Source: a bacterium (GTDB taxonomy: Bacteria; UBA8248). Taken from it: 64,000 nucleotides of DNA. The stretch is taken from contig CBDBZY010000064.1 in assembly GCA_965213685.1 (NCBI GenBank), forward strand, positions 32,001-96,000. Direction: 5' to 3'. The stretch's first letter is position 1, and every line of letters starts with the position of its first letter. Below, piece by piece: positions 1-11,499 of the stretch. The notes under the pieces are model-generated. The model worked only from the letters and a program-made list of their open reading frames with translations. It had not been told where the DNA came from and searched no databases. Both the position numbers and the translations under genes were made by a program.

Positions 1-121
1 GAAAGCAATAATAACAAGGTATGTTGCAGTTTATGTACATGTACATAGGTGTACTATTAGTGATTTGAATTGTTCACAACAGTACTGGCCAATATGTTAA
101 TCTTGGCTATGCAGGACTTAC

Positions 122-203
122 ATAGAGGTTATTCTGTTCATAGACAACTGTCATTGTCATGTCTGTGTCAGCATACGTGAAGAAGACCTCAGTTGTCCTG
201 TTG
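122..203 (-). CDS. Probable internal exon (NRTTEVFFTYADTDMTMTVVYEQNNLY) of a secreted protein gene running off the left edge
   Basis: Open 82-nt frame bounded by a pyrimidine-rich CAG acceptor and a GTAAGT donor; phase compatible with the exon at 968-1147. Confidence 0.45.
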
Positions 204-967
204 CTGAGGGTCAAGACAAACACGTACAGCAGTGAGTGTGTGTACAGAAACTATCTAGCCCAGTCCGGTGGCCACTCCATGACAGACTGCTGGCCCACTC
301 AGACAGCATCCCTGTCCCCTATAGTCCTGTTGCTGTCCACTGGTTCCATATAGCCATATATATTTCAGTGCTCTTTCTTTATTAATTCATTAATTGATCT
401 TTCTGTGACCACATACTACCAGTTCACCACAACTGAGTATTTGTGGCCAGCAGTATAAACAAAATGCCAAATGCATTCTTATAGTAGTTAATGCTACCAC
501 TACCAGGTACTAGTTCATGATACTGCTCAACTGAACCTTTCTTGCTAACTACTATTGTACCGAGGTCAAATCTGATATATACAGCATTAGTGAGTGGCTA
601 CCTTACACTGCAAACAAAAGCACTACTTGTGCTGCAGCCTCAACAGGAATTCTCTTATACATTCTGTTTAAGAAAGGGTACATATATGTCTACAGCTGAG
701 AAAGACTCCCACAGCCTATTAGACGACTGATTGAGAGGATCCTTTCCTTGTTCCAGGGTCACTCACTTTATGGTGGCAGCCTGAAGCAGAGGTAGAAGTT
801 TCCTGTATGTTGTCCATAATGTGCTTAAGGTGGATGAAAGCCAATCCTTGACATAATGAACCTCACATGACAAACATCATTGTCAAAACAACAGTTTGTT
901 TTTGCTGTGCATAGGACCGCACAACACACGACAACAAATAAGGCCAACGGCTATTGAATACACTTAC

Positions 968-1147
968 GGATACTCGAAGTAGTAACTGATGTCCACGATC
1001 ATAGTCTTGCCGGTGTTGGGGTCGTAATACCCGCACACACACGGATCTGCCATGTCCCACGTACACTCTGTCAGGGTCTGGGCTGTGGTCTCGCTGTACT
1101 GGAGGACCAGCAGGAGAAAAGGTACACGCAACTAGCGAAAGCTTCAT
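968..1147 (-). CDS. Probable first exon of a secreted Cys-containing protein (possibly MRH/mannose-6-phosphate-receptor-like), with a 1-nt frameshift
   Basis: Removing one T from the TTTT run near 1117-1120 gives MKLSLVACTFLLLVLQYSETTAQTLTECTWDMADPCVCGYYDPNTGKTMIVDISYYFEYP, a signal peptide-like start ending at a GTAAGT donor. Confidence 0.5.
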
Positions 1148-1339
1148 GTCGAATCGTGGCCGTGATGGCTTTTTGAGCACGCGCTGTGTGCGCTAAATCA
1201 TACTATGGTATGGTAAGGTATGATGGGTGGCGGCATTATTTTACATGAACAATCACGTGCATAGTGCACTACAATGAAAGAAAGAAGAGAACAGAGAAGA
1301 AAGAAAGAAGAATCACACACTATAAAATAAACTAAAATT

Positions 1340-1485
1340 CACAACAACCTCAACGTCTTAGAAAAATATAGTTTAATTTTGGAGAACAGCCTTAACGGCG
1401 TAGAAAAATAAATATAATTATGTAACAACCTCATCGGCTTAGAAATTTATACATCTGTAATAACCTCAATGGCTTAGAAAAATAT
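1340..1485 (+). repeat. Four ~26-nt repeats (AACAACCTCAACGGCTTAGAAAAATA-like) with variable AT-rich spacers
   Basis: Units visible near 1344, 1385, 1424 and 1459; a related array lies at 30510-30660. Confidence 0.8.
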
Positions 1486-1607
1486 ATATTTTAAAAACAA
1501 AGCAACAAGCCTACACGTATAAGAATAAAACTCAGAATGAAGGGCAGATGGCCCCACATGCCCAACCTTGAGAGTTGAGAATGGGGCTTAATGTGGTGGG
1601 CTACCAT

Positions 1608-1970
1608 AATTGGGCGAGCCCACCTAGTCGTTGCGCTGGAGCCCTCCTCTAGTATGTCATCGGCAATGCCACCTTTTGGTTCCCGCGGGCCCCCCGCGCT
1701 ACAGGCAAACGTAAAGCCGGCTCGATCACATCCGGTTACATGGTGAAACAGGGAAGTTGCTGCTTAGTGACAGTTGGCGTGTTACAAGCAAGTCTTGGCT
1801 AGTGTGTTGCGACTCAAGATTTGGACTACCCCTGCGCCTTACCTCGTCAAGGCTCAGAGCGTAGCTACCGTTCGATGCGTCGTTACACGCGGCCCGGCAA
1901 GAACCTACTTCACTGGTGGCGTGACGAGGCAGGGCTAGGACTAGACTACAGACTGCGACTAGCATGTAGT
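1608..1970 (-). mobile_element. Partial copy of the HINE-like element at 61760-62722
   Basis: Diverged reverse-complement match to about 62330-62722, including the TGGGCGAGC terminus. Confidence 0.7.
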
Positions 1971-2691
1971 TGGCTCACTCCCACTCGCACACGGGCATTC
2001 TACTAGTAATTCTTTTTAATGCTACTCTTGGCTGATAGCAAGCCCGGCAAACAAGAAACCACAATACTCAGTGGTTGAATAACAACATTAGAGATCTTAT
2101 CAACCATTTTCAGGACTTGTATTGCAAAGCGATGAGCTGCAGGTGGCTGTTCCTCGTTAATGAGATTCATAGTTTTCCTACCATGTGCAGGACCTCTGCT
2201 TCTCATCAAAAATATAATAAATCTGCAGTCATTTCTTTTGAGCTGGTCAATCCATCACTTTGTTGTACAAGGAGCAAAGCAGGTCCAATCGATTGCCTTT
2301 TTAGAATATTGTTTGTCATTAAAGTTTTATAGGGTGAAATGAAGGTATATTATACTTTTCTTGAACACTTTGGCTTATTCTGGAAAGGCTGTTTATACAA
2401 AAGGCATCGTATGTACCTCAAATGGGCTCGCTAAAAGTCGAAGATCTCTAGTTCTTTCTGCTAAGCCATTTTCATGTAGATACATTTGATGAAAACATTA
2501 GTGACATTTGACCACATGTGTAGCTGTGCTCGTACAAGATACACACATCATGTTTTGCTGGAGCGTTTTAGACTTTCTCTCTAATTGTGCTCCACATTAT
2601 ATATCCCAGTTTCTACATGTATGTGTGCGCCAGAGGTTGTTGAATCTACACAGGCTGAACATGGCCACGCTTTGATGTTCCACCACCTTAA

Positions 2692-3193
2692 TCCTTTCGC
2701 TTACCAAAGTTGCACACTTGCTAAAACAGTGTAAAACAAGGGAAATATCAAACATTTGATGATGTAATGTTGGTATGTGGGCAATTTATTGATAAAAAAA
2801 CTCCCACACACCCCTTGAAGTGGCCTGTCAGCGCTTGGATGTGGCGGTAGGAGCATTGAAGTAGCTTTCATCTCTGCTATTGTATACTTTAAAAAAAGCA
2901 AGAAGCCTAGCAGGCAGTGTGATAAACTGTCAGAGAGGGCTATAGGTAGCTGCAGCGATGTCTAGGCTCTGTACATAGCCATAAATCGGCCATGCGGTTT
3001 CGATCTGTAGGAATACGAAGATTTGAATTGGGTGCCAGGAGACATGTGGGGTACACCTTTACCATGGACGTAGCCAGGCTACGCTCATGCACTGGGCGAC
3101 GTTTTGACCCCAGGGTTTGGAAGTACACAGAGATTTAAAAACAGCCGTGTCACTTCATTCGCTCATTCTAGCACGAGAACTCAAGTGAAAGGG
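2692..3193. mobile_element. piggyBac-type MITE (diverged copy)
   Basis: TTAA|TCCTTTCGC...GTGAAAGGG|TTAT; homologous along its length to 56524-57017. Confidence 0.75.
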
Positions 3194-3946
3194 TTATAGG
3201 AACACCCCTATGAAAGTCATTATCTTTTTCATTCCTGCACACCTTTTTAGTACTAACATATAATTGGCTCAGGCAGATGGTTGGTATACGAATTCTATGT
3301 CTATTGGCATATTGGAATGCTATCTACCCTGGTGCCACATAGACGTTGTAGCTGCATACCACAAACAGTTATCTGTGTTATTACATAATAATTAGGATAG
3401 GGACAGAGCAAAGTGTTTTAGCAAAGACCTTTGTCACATACATGTAAGTTGTAAGGCCATGCTCTTATAATATTATTATTTATACTACAAATTTTTCATG
3501 ACAGCTATTTGGGGCCATGCTGAGGCCACACAATAAGGAAAGGTTGTAATTGTGTAGTAAGTGGGAGGGAATTATGGACTGGCATTATATATAACACGTA
3601 CATGTAGATGTGCAACTCCCATAACAAAGGTCTTTGTTAAAACAACAATTCTATTTTTGCAGTGCATGCATTGACTTCCACTTTTAATGTGCCTTTAACC
3701 AATAAGTATGTCTATCTCAGTTGCACATTATATTTTGTTCCCCACCTGGTACTGAACAGATGGTGTACAAAATGTATATCCTACTAGAAGCTTAGGGCAT
3801 TTAGTAATAGTCCGCCAAGCTTGAAATAGCAGTAAGCACACATTATGGGTTGTTTACCCATCACAAGTTCCAGTCACAACACAATACTTGGAGATACTCT
3901 ACACATTGCACCAATGCATTCAGTCTCATACTGGAGAAATACTAGT

Positions 3947-4215
3947 GGCTGGAAAGCAAATTCCCTCTTCGATGTGTTTACGTACACTGTACCCAAATTT
4001 AGAGAAAATACTTGCATGTGATTTTGTAAAACTCTTAAATGCCACACATAGTCCTGAGTACCAAAACTCCTGTCTAATGAATTTTGTGTAAGCTTGTAGT
4101 GCCTTTCTTTAAACTGCACAAAAGTACTACATATTCTACCAATACGTACTAGTTGGGAAATATATACTCCATATGCTGGTTTAGCAGGGGTATTTGAGCT
4201 CAAATGAGGGAAATT
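3947..4215 (-). pseudogene. Penelope-like element RT C-terminal fragment
   Basis: FPHLSSNTPAKPAYGVYISQLVRIGRICS motif typical of Penelope-like reverse transcriptases; frameshifted. Confidence 0.7.
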
Positions 4216-5250
4216 TATAACGTCAAATTACGTGTAGATAACTTACCGGTCACTCTCCCTGAGTGACTGAACTTATATACCAAACTTACCTCTTCTCTGC
4301 CCACCAACCACAGTGCCATCCCTTGGATCCCCAGCCGAGGACTGAGACTGAGGCTGGGTAGAGCATGGTTCTCCATATAATTTGACCTTCCTAACCTCCC
4401 ACACATCGATTATGTACTCCTTCTCTAAAGCAAGCATAGAATCGAAATTCTGCGTCCAAAGCTCACAACCTAACACAAAAGAAGCCCTTTCAATATTATC
4501 TAATGCTTCAAAGTCTTTAAAAGCCTCTCCTAATGTGGACCTGAGCTTAATCATGAACTCTTCCCTACTATCCTTGTAAGCAGGACACTCCCATAAAACA
4601 TGGACAACACTCTCGCACTCATCGCCACATAAAACACACTCAGTCCTGCCATTCCTTCCCCTATGCCTACCAAACTCCTCATTCAAACCATGTGTTCCTG
4701 ACCTAAAATTTAAACAAGAGTCTAGTTCCGGCATCACTAACCCCATGGAGGTACCTTTTGAACTTTACTTCCTTACTAAATGCTTTATACAACCCTAACA
4801 TAACTTTGCTATTCAATCCTCCCTTTATTTTCTCTATTACTTACACAGTCATTCACATTCAACAAAAACAAGCTAAATGGACATTGCCCCCCTTCTTAAT
4901 ATCATCTAACAATTCACCTTTAGGCAATCCTAGCACACCAAATAATTCATCTACACACTTATTCCAAGGCTTCCTCTGTCTGCCTCTATGTGGTTTCACC
5001 TTCCATTCCTGATCAAAAAGCTGCCTTGGATACTTACTGACATAGATGCTAGTTTATACCACCACTTAAGCTTAGCCTTGTCTCTATGACTCTTCAAGGT
5101 CTCTAAACCCATGTCCCCTCTAACTGCCTCATTACAAGTCTTAGATGAGCATCCAAGAATCCTTTTTGCTCCCCCCAAGAGAATAGATTCTAAAGCACCT
5201 GCCTGACTTTTATTACACTTACTGCTATATTCTATGCTAGGTCTAAGGAT
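4216..5250 (-). pseudogene. Non-LTR retrotransposon ORF2 C-terminal fragment
   Basis: AKRILGCSSKTCNEAVRGDMG, FRSGTHGL and the CCHC knuckle CVLCGDECESVVHVLWECPAY; several frameshifts. Confidence 0.8.
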
Positions 5251-5739
5251 CTGGTGTTAAGTATGCGTGAAAACCACGCAGAGCCATCTTGTGTATAGGC
5301 CTACAGAGTAAGTATGTGATAAGTGGCTGTGTAAGGACGTGTCAAACCTCAGGGCAATGCATACTAATAACCTCTGCTAGACCCTACTCACGCTTCACAC
5401 TTGGAGTAGGGTCTAGTTCCAGGGTCTAGTCCGATAGACTAGAGAAATACATACTGGAGAAGTAAGACTCAGTGCAGGAGTGGCATGATGTCATTCAGCT
5501 GCAACTGAGATGACCATAGCAAGGTTAAGATCATGCTTTTTTTGCTATGTACACATAAATGTAGCCTTACTGTGGGCTGTATAAGCATGGGACATACATA
5601 CAAACGTATCCTTACTGTTGATTTCTCCTGTCTCAGCTCAGCTTAGTTTCAGAAATGGGCAGTCTCCATAGTGTATGTTCTAGGTGGTAGAGTGCTGTTC
5701 ACTTAGTGACACCATTACGGTGGGGCCATTACCTCAGTA

Positions 5740-5915
5740 TAGTGAAACCTCTGTATAGTGTTCACTCTGTAAAGCAGCCACCTCATTATTACAGCCACCT
5801 ACTCAGGTCGCTTGGGATATAATGCCCAATATTTACACCTCTATTAAACAGCCACCTCTCTATTACAGCTACAAATTTATGACCCATAGGTGACCACTCT
5901 AGGGAGGTTCCACTG
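5740..5915. mobile_element. Tc1/pogo-type MITE (second copy at 33356-33531)
   Basis: TIRs AGTGAAACCTC / GAGGTTCCACTG with internal AACAGCCACCTC repeats. Confidence 0.65.
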
Positions 5916-6014
5916 CAATGGCTTAAAACTGTGCACAAAACCTGCTGGTTGGCAAAAAGTGCATGGAGTGCTAGTCGGCTAGTACTAGTGTATCGCCTTG
6001 TCAGTGGTAGCACC

Positions 6015-6250
6015 ATGAGTAATGGTTATGTCAACCCATTGGACTACCAGGCCAGGAAGAGATACTATGAAAAGCTGGAAGCTGGAAGCTGTTGGCCTGT
6101 CTCTTAATGTTGAACCATATAGCGCTACTGATAGATTCCATTCTGACACGACCCTTTGGCCAAAGATCGAATACAGTTTAATACATTTCAGGCCTGGCAC
6201 CTACGTTCAGGAACAACTTCTCTCATGGAAGCAGATGGAAGCACCCAGCT
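6015..6250 (+). pseudogene. N-terminal fragment of a transposon accessory ORF (resembles SWIM/YqaJ proteins of ISL2EU-like elements); copies at 33631-33845 and inverted at 13245-13366
   Basis: MSNGYVNPLDYQARKRYYEKL..GLSL..EPY...WPKIEY...RPGTYVQEQLLSWKQMEA pieced across frames; family assignment from recall only. Confidence 0.45.
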
Positions 6251-6471
6251 GGATTCAAAAACGTGTGTGACAAGTCCACTGACTGAGGACTGAGCACACC
6301 AGCGTCAGCCGTTGGACGGGAAGAACACTATAGCTAACACAGTGCAACTATCAGAAAACTCTAATCTATGTCTATTCCTCACTCACGATGTTTCTGTCAT
6401 ATTCTCTCTTCAAGAGAGGAGGTTACTGCCGTACAGTCAGTCAGGAACGTGTTTATACACAGCACGGTTGT

Positions 6472-7050
6472 TACTAAAACCCAGGACGGGACAGGGTGAA
6501 TCCGAGACATCCCGTCCCGTCCATACGTGTATGATAGCCACGCTGGCGGCAGTTAGGCACTCCTGGCACGTATCTACTATGGACTCTACAAGTGCTTCGG
6601 CAGGACATGTAGCTACTACGGACTCTACAAGTGCTTCGTCGCATCATACCTTTACACTGTATCCTTGCAAATTTCACAGTTCATGACAAGACTGTGTTAA
6701 TATTACTTTCACAAAAACAACAAAACCTCTTGTGAAGACCTACACAAGATGCATGAAACCGTTCCATACAAGTGTCACAAGTGTCACATTCAATCATGGC
6801 ATTGCCATTGTCTGGGAGTCGGTATGAAAAGTATCCCTGTGATTGCTTTAAGAAAAATCTGTTTCTTCCATCTTTCGCTATTGATCGACTATTATAGTAT
6901 AACACTTTTCCCAGATTCGTAAAAGCGTGCGGCAGATATCGATCTCGGTTTATTGGTCCCGGATTTTGAGTAGGCGGCCGAATCCGGGAAAAGTGTTATA
7001 CTATAATAGTCGATCAATGGAAGAAACGTAAAGCAATCTCTCCGCAATCA
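6472..7050 (-). mobile_element. Short TIR element with PHD-finger remnant (rearranged copy)
   Basis: Starts TACTAAAACCCAGGACG; MIECDTC..ERFHASCVGL...FCCFCES on the minus strand. Confidence 0.65.
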
Positions 7051-7130
7051 GCTGTAGAAGCACCTACAGATGGTGCTTCATTACTTCAATCACCTGACGC
7101 CCACACATAGATGAACATGATGATTACTGG

Positions 7131-7790
7131 CTGCTCCCCCCACCTGTGTCAGCAGAGAAATTCTTACCATACTATCTCCAGGTGAACTAAGACTTCCTAA
7201 TAATATCAGAACAGTAAATCCTCCCATCCTGGCTCCTTCCTGATGGGGACGTGTTCCAGTCGACATACTTAAAGGGGTTCTGACGGCACAAGATTTGAGG
7301 GTCTGCCAGTGTGAGGTTGGCAGATTTGCCAATGACCACTGGTTGTACTTAGGAAAGAATGGACTCCCAGTCTCTGGGTCCAGGCTCGGTGCCCAAACAG
7401 AAGTTATTCTTTCCTTTCTTTCCTTCTTCACCTGTGTCAGCAGAGTAATTCGTACCATACCATCTCCAGGTGAACTAAGACTTCCAAATATTATCTGGAC
7501 AGTAAATCCTCTCATCTCGGCTCCTCCCCTGATAGGGAGGCGTTCCGGTTGTCCCCTAAAGGGGTTCTGACAGCACAAGATTTGGGGGGTCTGCCAGTGT
7601 GATGCTGGCAGATTCGACAATGACCACTAGTAGTACTTAGGAAAGAATAGGGAGATAAACTTTTGTCCTGGGTAATGGCCTGGTGCTTAGTGTACTGGAC
7701 TCCCAGTCTCTGGGTCCAGGTTTGGTGCTCGGACAGAAGTTTACCTTTCCTTTCTTTCCTTCATCAACTGTGTCAGCAAATTCTTAGACT
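7131..7790. repeat. About 290-330-bp tandem repeat (roughly 2.3 units); related 1.3 units at 18977-19395
   Basis: CACCTGTGTCAGCAGAG...CCAGGTGAACTAAGACTTCC recurs at 7141, 7429 and partly 7764. Confidence 0.85.
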
Positions 7791-8251
7791 ATGGCTATTC
7801 AGCCACGTATCATTCTCTCAACCCCTGGCACTGAACAGATGTGAAGAATATTTGTGTGAAATTCTTACAAGTTATGCATATGAGTCATAGAGTAGATGAC
7901 AATTCTTTGGTCTAGTTACGACCTCCCATTATGGGTCATTTACCCATCACATATCAAACTCCTGCCATAGCACACACTCTAGTTACTCTGGAGACGGATA
8001 TCCTATACCTAGTACCTTGTGCACATGCACCCCATCTCAAGAGTATACTCAGTGTGGGAGTGACGTGGCATCACTCAGCTGCAACTGAGATATACATCCA
8101 TACCAAGGTTAAAACTAACCATCTCTCCTATCATGCCAAGGGAGAGCTACGTATCATATGCATATGCAGTAGGTGGTATGTTCAACACTGAACATTTGAA
8201 TAATAAGTACCTCACATCAAAGTATACAATCAATGCATAAAGGCACAATAT

Positions 8252-9910
8252 CTAAAACCTTCTATGACAGTTACATTTACTATCAACCACCTTTGATGGC
8301 CTTCTATCATGTATGGATATGCAACCTATGTCTGTAGCACTTTTGTTTACCGACAGAAGAAAGTCTTTTAGCTCTTGTTTCAACACTGGTACAAGGTCAG
8401 TGTGCTGGTCAGATATATCAGTTGTTTCTTTAGGATCAGCTACCACATCGTAAAGATTGACACTCTGTATGTTTCCTTTATTGTACTTAACAACAAGTTT
8501 TTGTGAGTCTCGTAATACTGCACCATAGAAAGATGAGTTTAAATCTCCCTTTTTAATGTGAAAGGCAAAAGCAATTGAACTATTGCGATGATTGACATCT
8601 CCCTTGAGAAATGGCAGAATAGAGACACCATCTATTGGTCAATCTTGAGGAGGATCAATGCCAAGGATATCACACACAGTCGGTAGCAGGTCATTTGTCA
8701 CCACAGGATAATCAGACTTTCGATTGGCTTTAATCACTGCTGGCCATTCTAATATTGCAGGGACTCGAATACCACCTTCAAACACTGTCCCTTTCTCTCC
8801 TCTCAAACCAGCTGTAGAGCCTGGAGTGCCTTTCTGTGGGCCATTGTCACTTGAGAACCACACAAATGTGTTGTTCTTAATGCCATATGTTTCCAGTAAA
8901 CCTCTGACTCTCCCTATTGCTTGGTCCAGTTGCGATATAGCTCCATAGTAATGGGTAACATCTCTTGAGTAACCTTGTTTTCTGTACATAGTGTAGTAGG
9001 GATCAAGAGCATAGTACACACGATGCACGTCATGAAATGCAAGTATAACAAAAAAGAGCTTTTCACTAGAATGCAATTTTTGAAGATATTTCTCAAACAT
9101 GTCCACAATAAAATCTGAATCTCCAATTATGGAGTTGTGGTAGGCTTGCAATTTTTCTGACTCCTTATCCATGTAGTGATAATCTCTGCAGGTTTTGTGT
9201 TGGTACCATCTCTTCTCAACAGTACAACTGAAGCGTTCAGAGCATTGGCAGTTTGGTGCCACTGAGGATGTGTCTCTTTCAGTTACTAACCACAGGTCAA
9301 AACCATGCATGCCAGGATGGGACACAGGCCACTTCTTGTTACCCCCTTCAATAACTTTCAAATCACCAACATGCCATTTCCCAAATATGGCAGTTTTGTA
9401 GCCTTCATTCTTTAGAAGTTCAGGCAGTGTTACTTCAGAGGTAGGTAGGGGCATAGAACAGGGGCATTCGCCATCATTACATGGAACACCCAGATCCGCG
9501 TGCCAGATACAGTACCGATTGTGGTTACGTCCTGTCAACAGAGTGCCTCTGGTTGGTGAGCAAACAGGACCTCCCAAATAAAACCTCGTTAGGAGGACAC
9601 TGTTTGGTCCTCGGGCCATTTGGTTGAGATTTGGTGTCTTAGCTTTTCCTCCATTATACTCCACGTCACCATAGCCCAGGTCATCAGCTAATAAGTACAG
9701 AATATTTGGATGTTGCAATGGATTCTTGTGTCTGTTAGGTAGTGAAAAATTGTCCTCAAGAAAGTTAGGAAACCTATATTGTTTCTTCTTTACTCTTCTC
9801 CTAAAAGTAATGCCATTGACATCTCCTAGTGCGCTGTACAACACAATTACTAAGATACCCACCACAACTGTCGCTAGTACTATTGCCACTCTGAAATCTC
9901 CCACTTTCAT
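8252..9910 (-). pseudogene. S1 sulfatase paralog 1 with one in-frame nonsense codon
   Basis: 553 codons from MKVGDF; ADDLG, CSPTR, GKWH and SDNG motifs; Arg CGA of the paralogs is TGA at 8639-8641 and the frame continues to the normal stop. Confidence 0.9.
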
Positions 9911-10197
9911 AGTTTGGTGAGGAGACACACTTGCAGCTGTAGTACAGAAGGAGAGAACAGTAGTAGGAAGTGATCTCTCTACATAAGCAGGGTACATATA
10001 CACAAACATGGCCTTGCTGTGGGCCGTGTATAAACACAAGACATACAGGGTACCAACATAATGTCCCTTTTTAACTTGAGCCATTCACATACGCAAATAC
10101 AGCCTGCTATGGGCTGTGTACAAGCACGGGACATGCAATTCTATGCTAATCTTAAAGTGGTGGGCTACCGTTATGCGCTTGATATCTAATTTAAAGT

Positions 10198-10410
10198 ATG
10201 AAAAACATTTTCCAAAAATGTAGAGGAATGTAGGTATGGCAGTGCCAAAAATCACAGAAAATAGGTATAGGGATGGCGGTGTGCAGGCAAGACAGGGCAC
10301 ACAAAGATTACACAAGTAACACCATCCCTATATCTTTTTTCTTCACCATGCACCAGTGTTGTTCGCAGTAATCTCATAGTGTAACCTGCATAAGGATAAC
10401 ATGGAAAAAA
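10198..10410. mobile_element. Truncated hairpin-ended HINE-like element (one arm plus loop; copy G)
   Basis: AAGTATGAAAAACATTTTCCAAAAATGTAG...CCATCCCTA arm followed by the CAGTAATCTC loop. Confidence 0.8.
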
Positions 10411-11499
10411 TCACGCTTTCTGTACATGAGCAGCCGTCTCCGAACACCTTTATCAAGGTCTTCTTCAAGGTCTTCTTGCCGAGGGGTTCTACCAGCCAAG
10501 GAGTGATACCAGCCTGGAAGCACACATGAACCCTTACACTTTACGCCAGTGCGTGACTAGTGATATACCAGTGGAGGAGAGAACGGAAACACTTATACTT
10601 AAAGTCAGTGCGAGCCCACGTACACGTACTGCACGAGGCTATTTACTGCGTATATGTACCTCTAGTACTCTTATATACTACAAATGTTTCATGACAGCTG
10701 TTTTGGGCCATGCTGTGGCCACACAATAAGGAAAGGTTGTAATTGTGTAGTAAGTGGGAGGGAATTATGGAGAGGCATACATGTACATGTAGATGTGCAA
10801 CTCCCATAACAAAGGTCTTTGTTAAAACAGGAGTCCATAAGCGCTGCAAAGCGATACTAATAGAATTGTTGTTTTAACCAGGAGCCCATTGGCGTCGCTT
10901 CACGGCGCTTATGGGCTCCTGGTTAAAACAACAATTCTATTATTGCAGTGCATGCATTGACTTCCACTTTAATGCAATAAGTATGTTTATCTCAGTTGCA
11001 CATTTGTTCTCTTAACACCTGGTACTGAACTGATGGTGTAAAGAATGTGCAAAATGTGTAGGTAGGATATCCTTCTAGAAGTTAAGGGCATTTAGTGATA
11101 GTGTCCTTTAGTCCACTAAGCTTGACATAGCAGTAAGCACACATTATGGGTTGTTTACCCATCACAAGTTCCAGTCACAATACAATACATACATATACTC
11201 GAGAGATACTCTACACATTGCACCAATGCATTCACGCAGTCTCATACTGGAGAAATACACACTGGAGAAGTAAGACTCAGTGCAGGAGTGGCAGGATGTC
11301 ATTCAGCTGCAACTGAGATGACCATCAAAATCATCATGGTTCTTTTGCTATGTATACATGTAGCCTTTCTAAGGGCTGTGTATATATAAGCATGGACATA
11401 CATACAAACATAGCCTTACTGTGGTTTTTCCTGTGTCAGTACCAGCTTAGTTTAAGAAAAGGGCAGTCTCTAGTGTATGTTCCAGGTGAGTGCTGTTCA

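Larger units (their letters stand above)
3943..5441. mobile_element. Composite insertion with AcademH-like boundaries (TAG...CTA, 9-bp TSD) containing Penelope and LINE fragments
   Basis: GAGAAATAC duplicated at 3934-3942 and 5442-5450; the empty site is seen in the paralogous sequence at about 11250. Confidence 0.65.
5501..6800 (+). repeat. Segmental duplicate of 33104-34386
   Basis: Near-identical co-linear sequence with small indels. Confidence 0.9.

Noticed and set aside
1340-1485. CRISPR array (also 30510-30660)
   Set aside because: Eukaryotic context, degenerate repeats, short uneven AT-rich spacers, no cas genes.
5901-5915. AGGGAGGTTCCACTG as the terminus of an ISL2EU element
   Set aside because: Better explained as the right TIR of the Tc1/pogo MITE at 5740-5915.
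8639-8641. Selenocysteine codon
   Set aside because: It aligns to Arg CGA in both paralogs, not Cys; no SECIS recognised.
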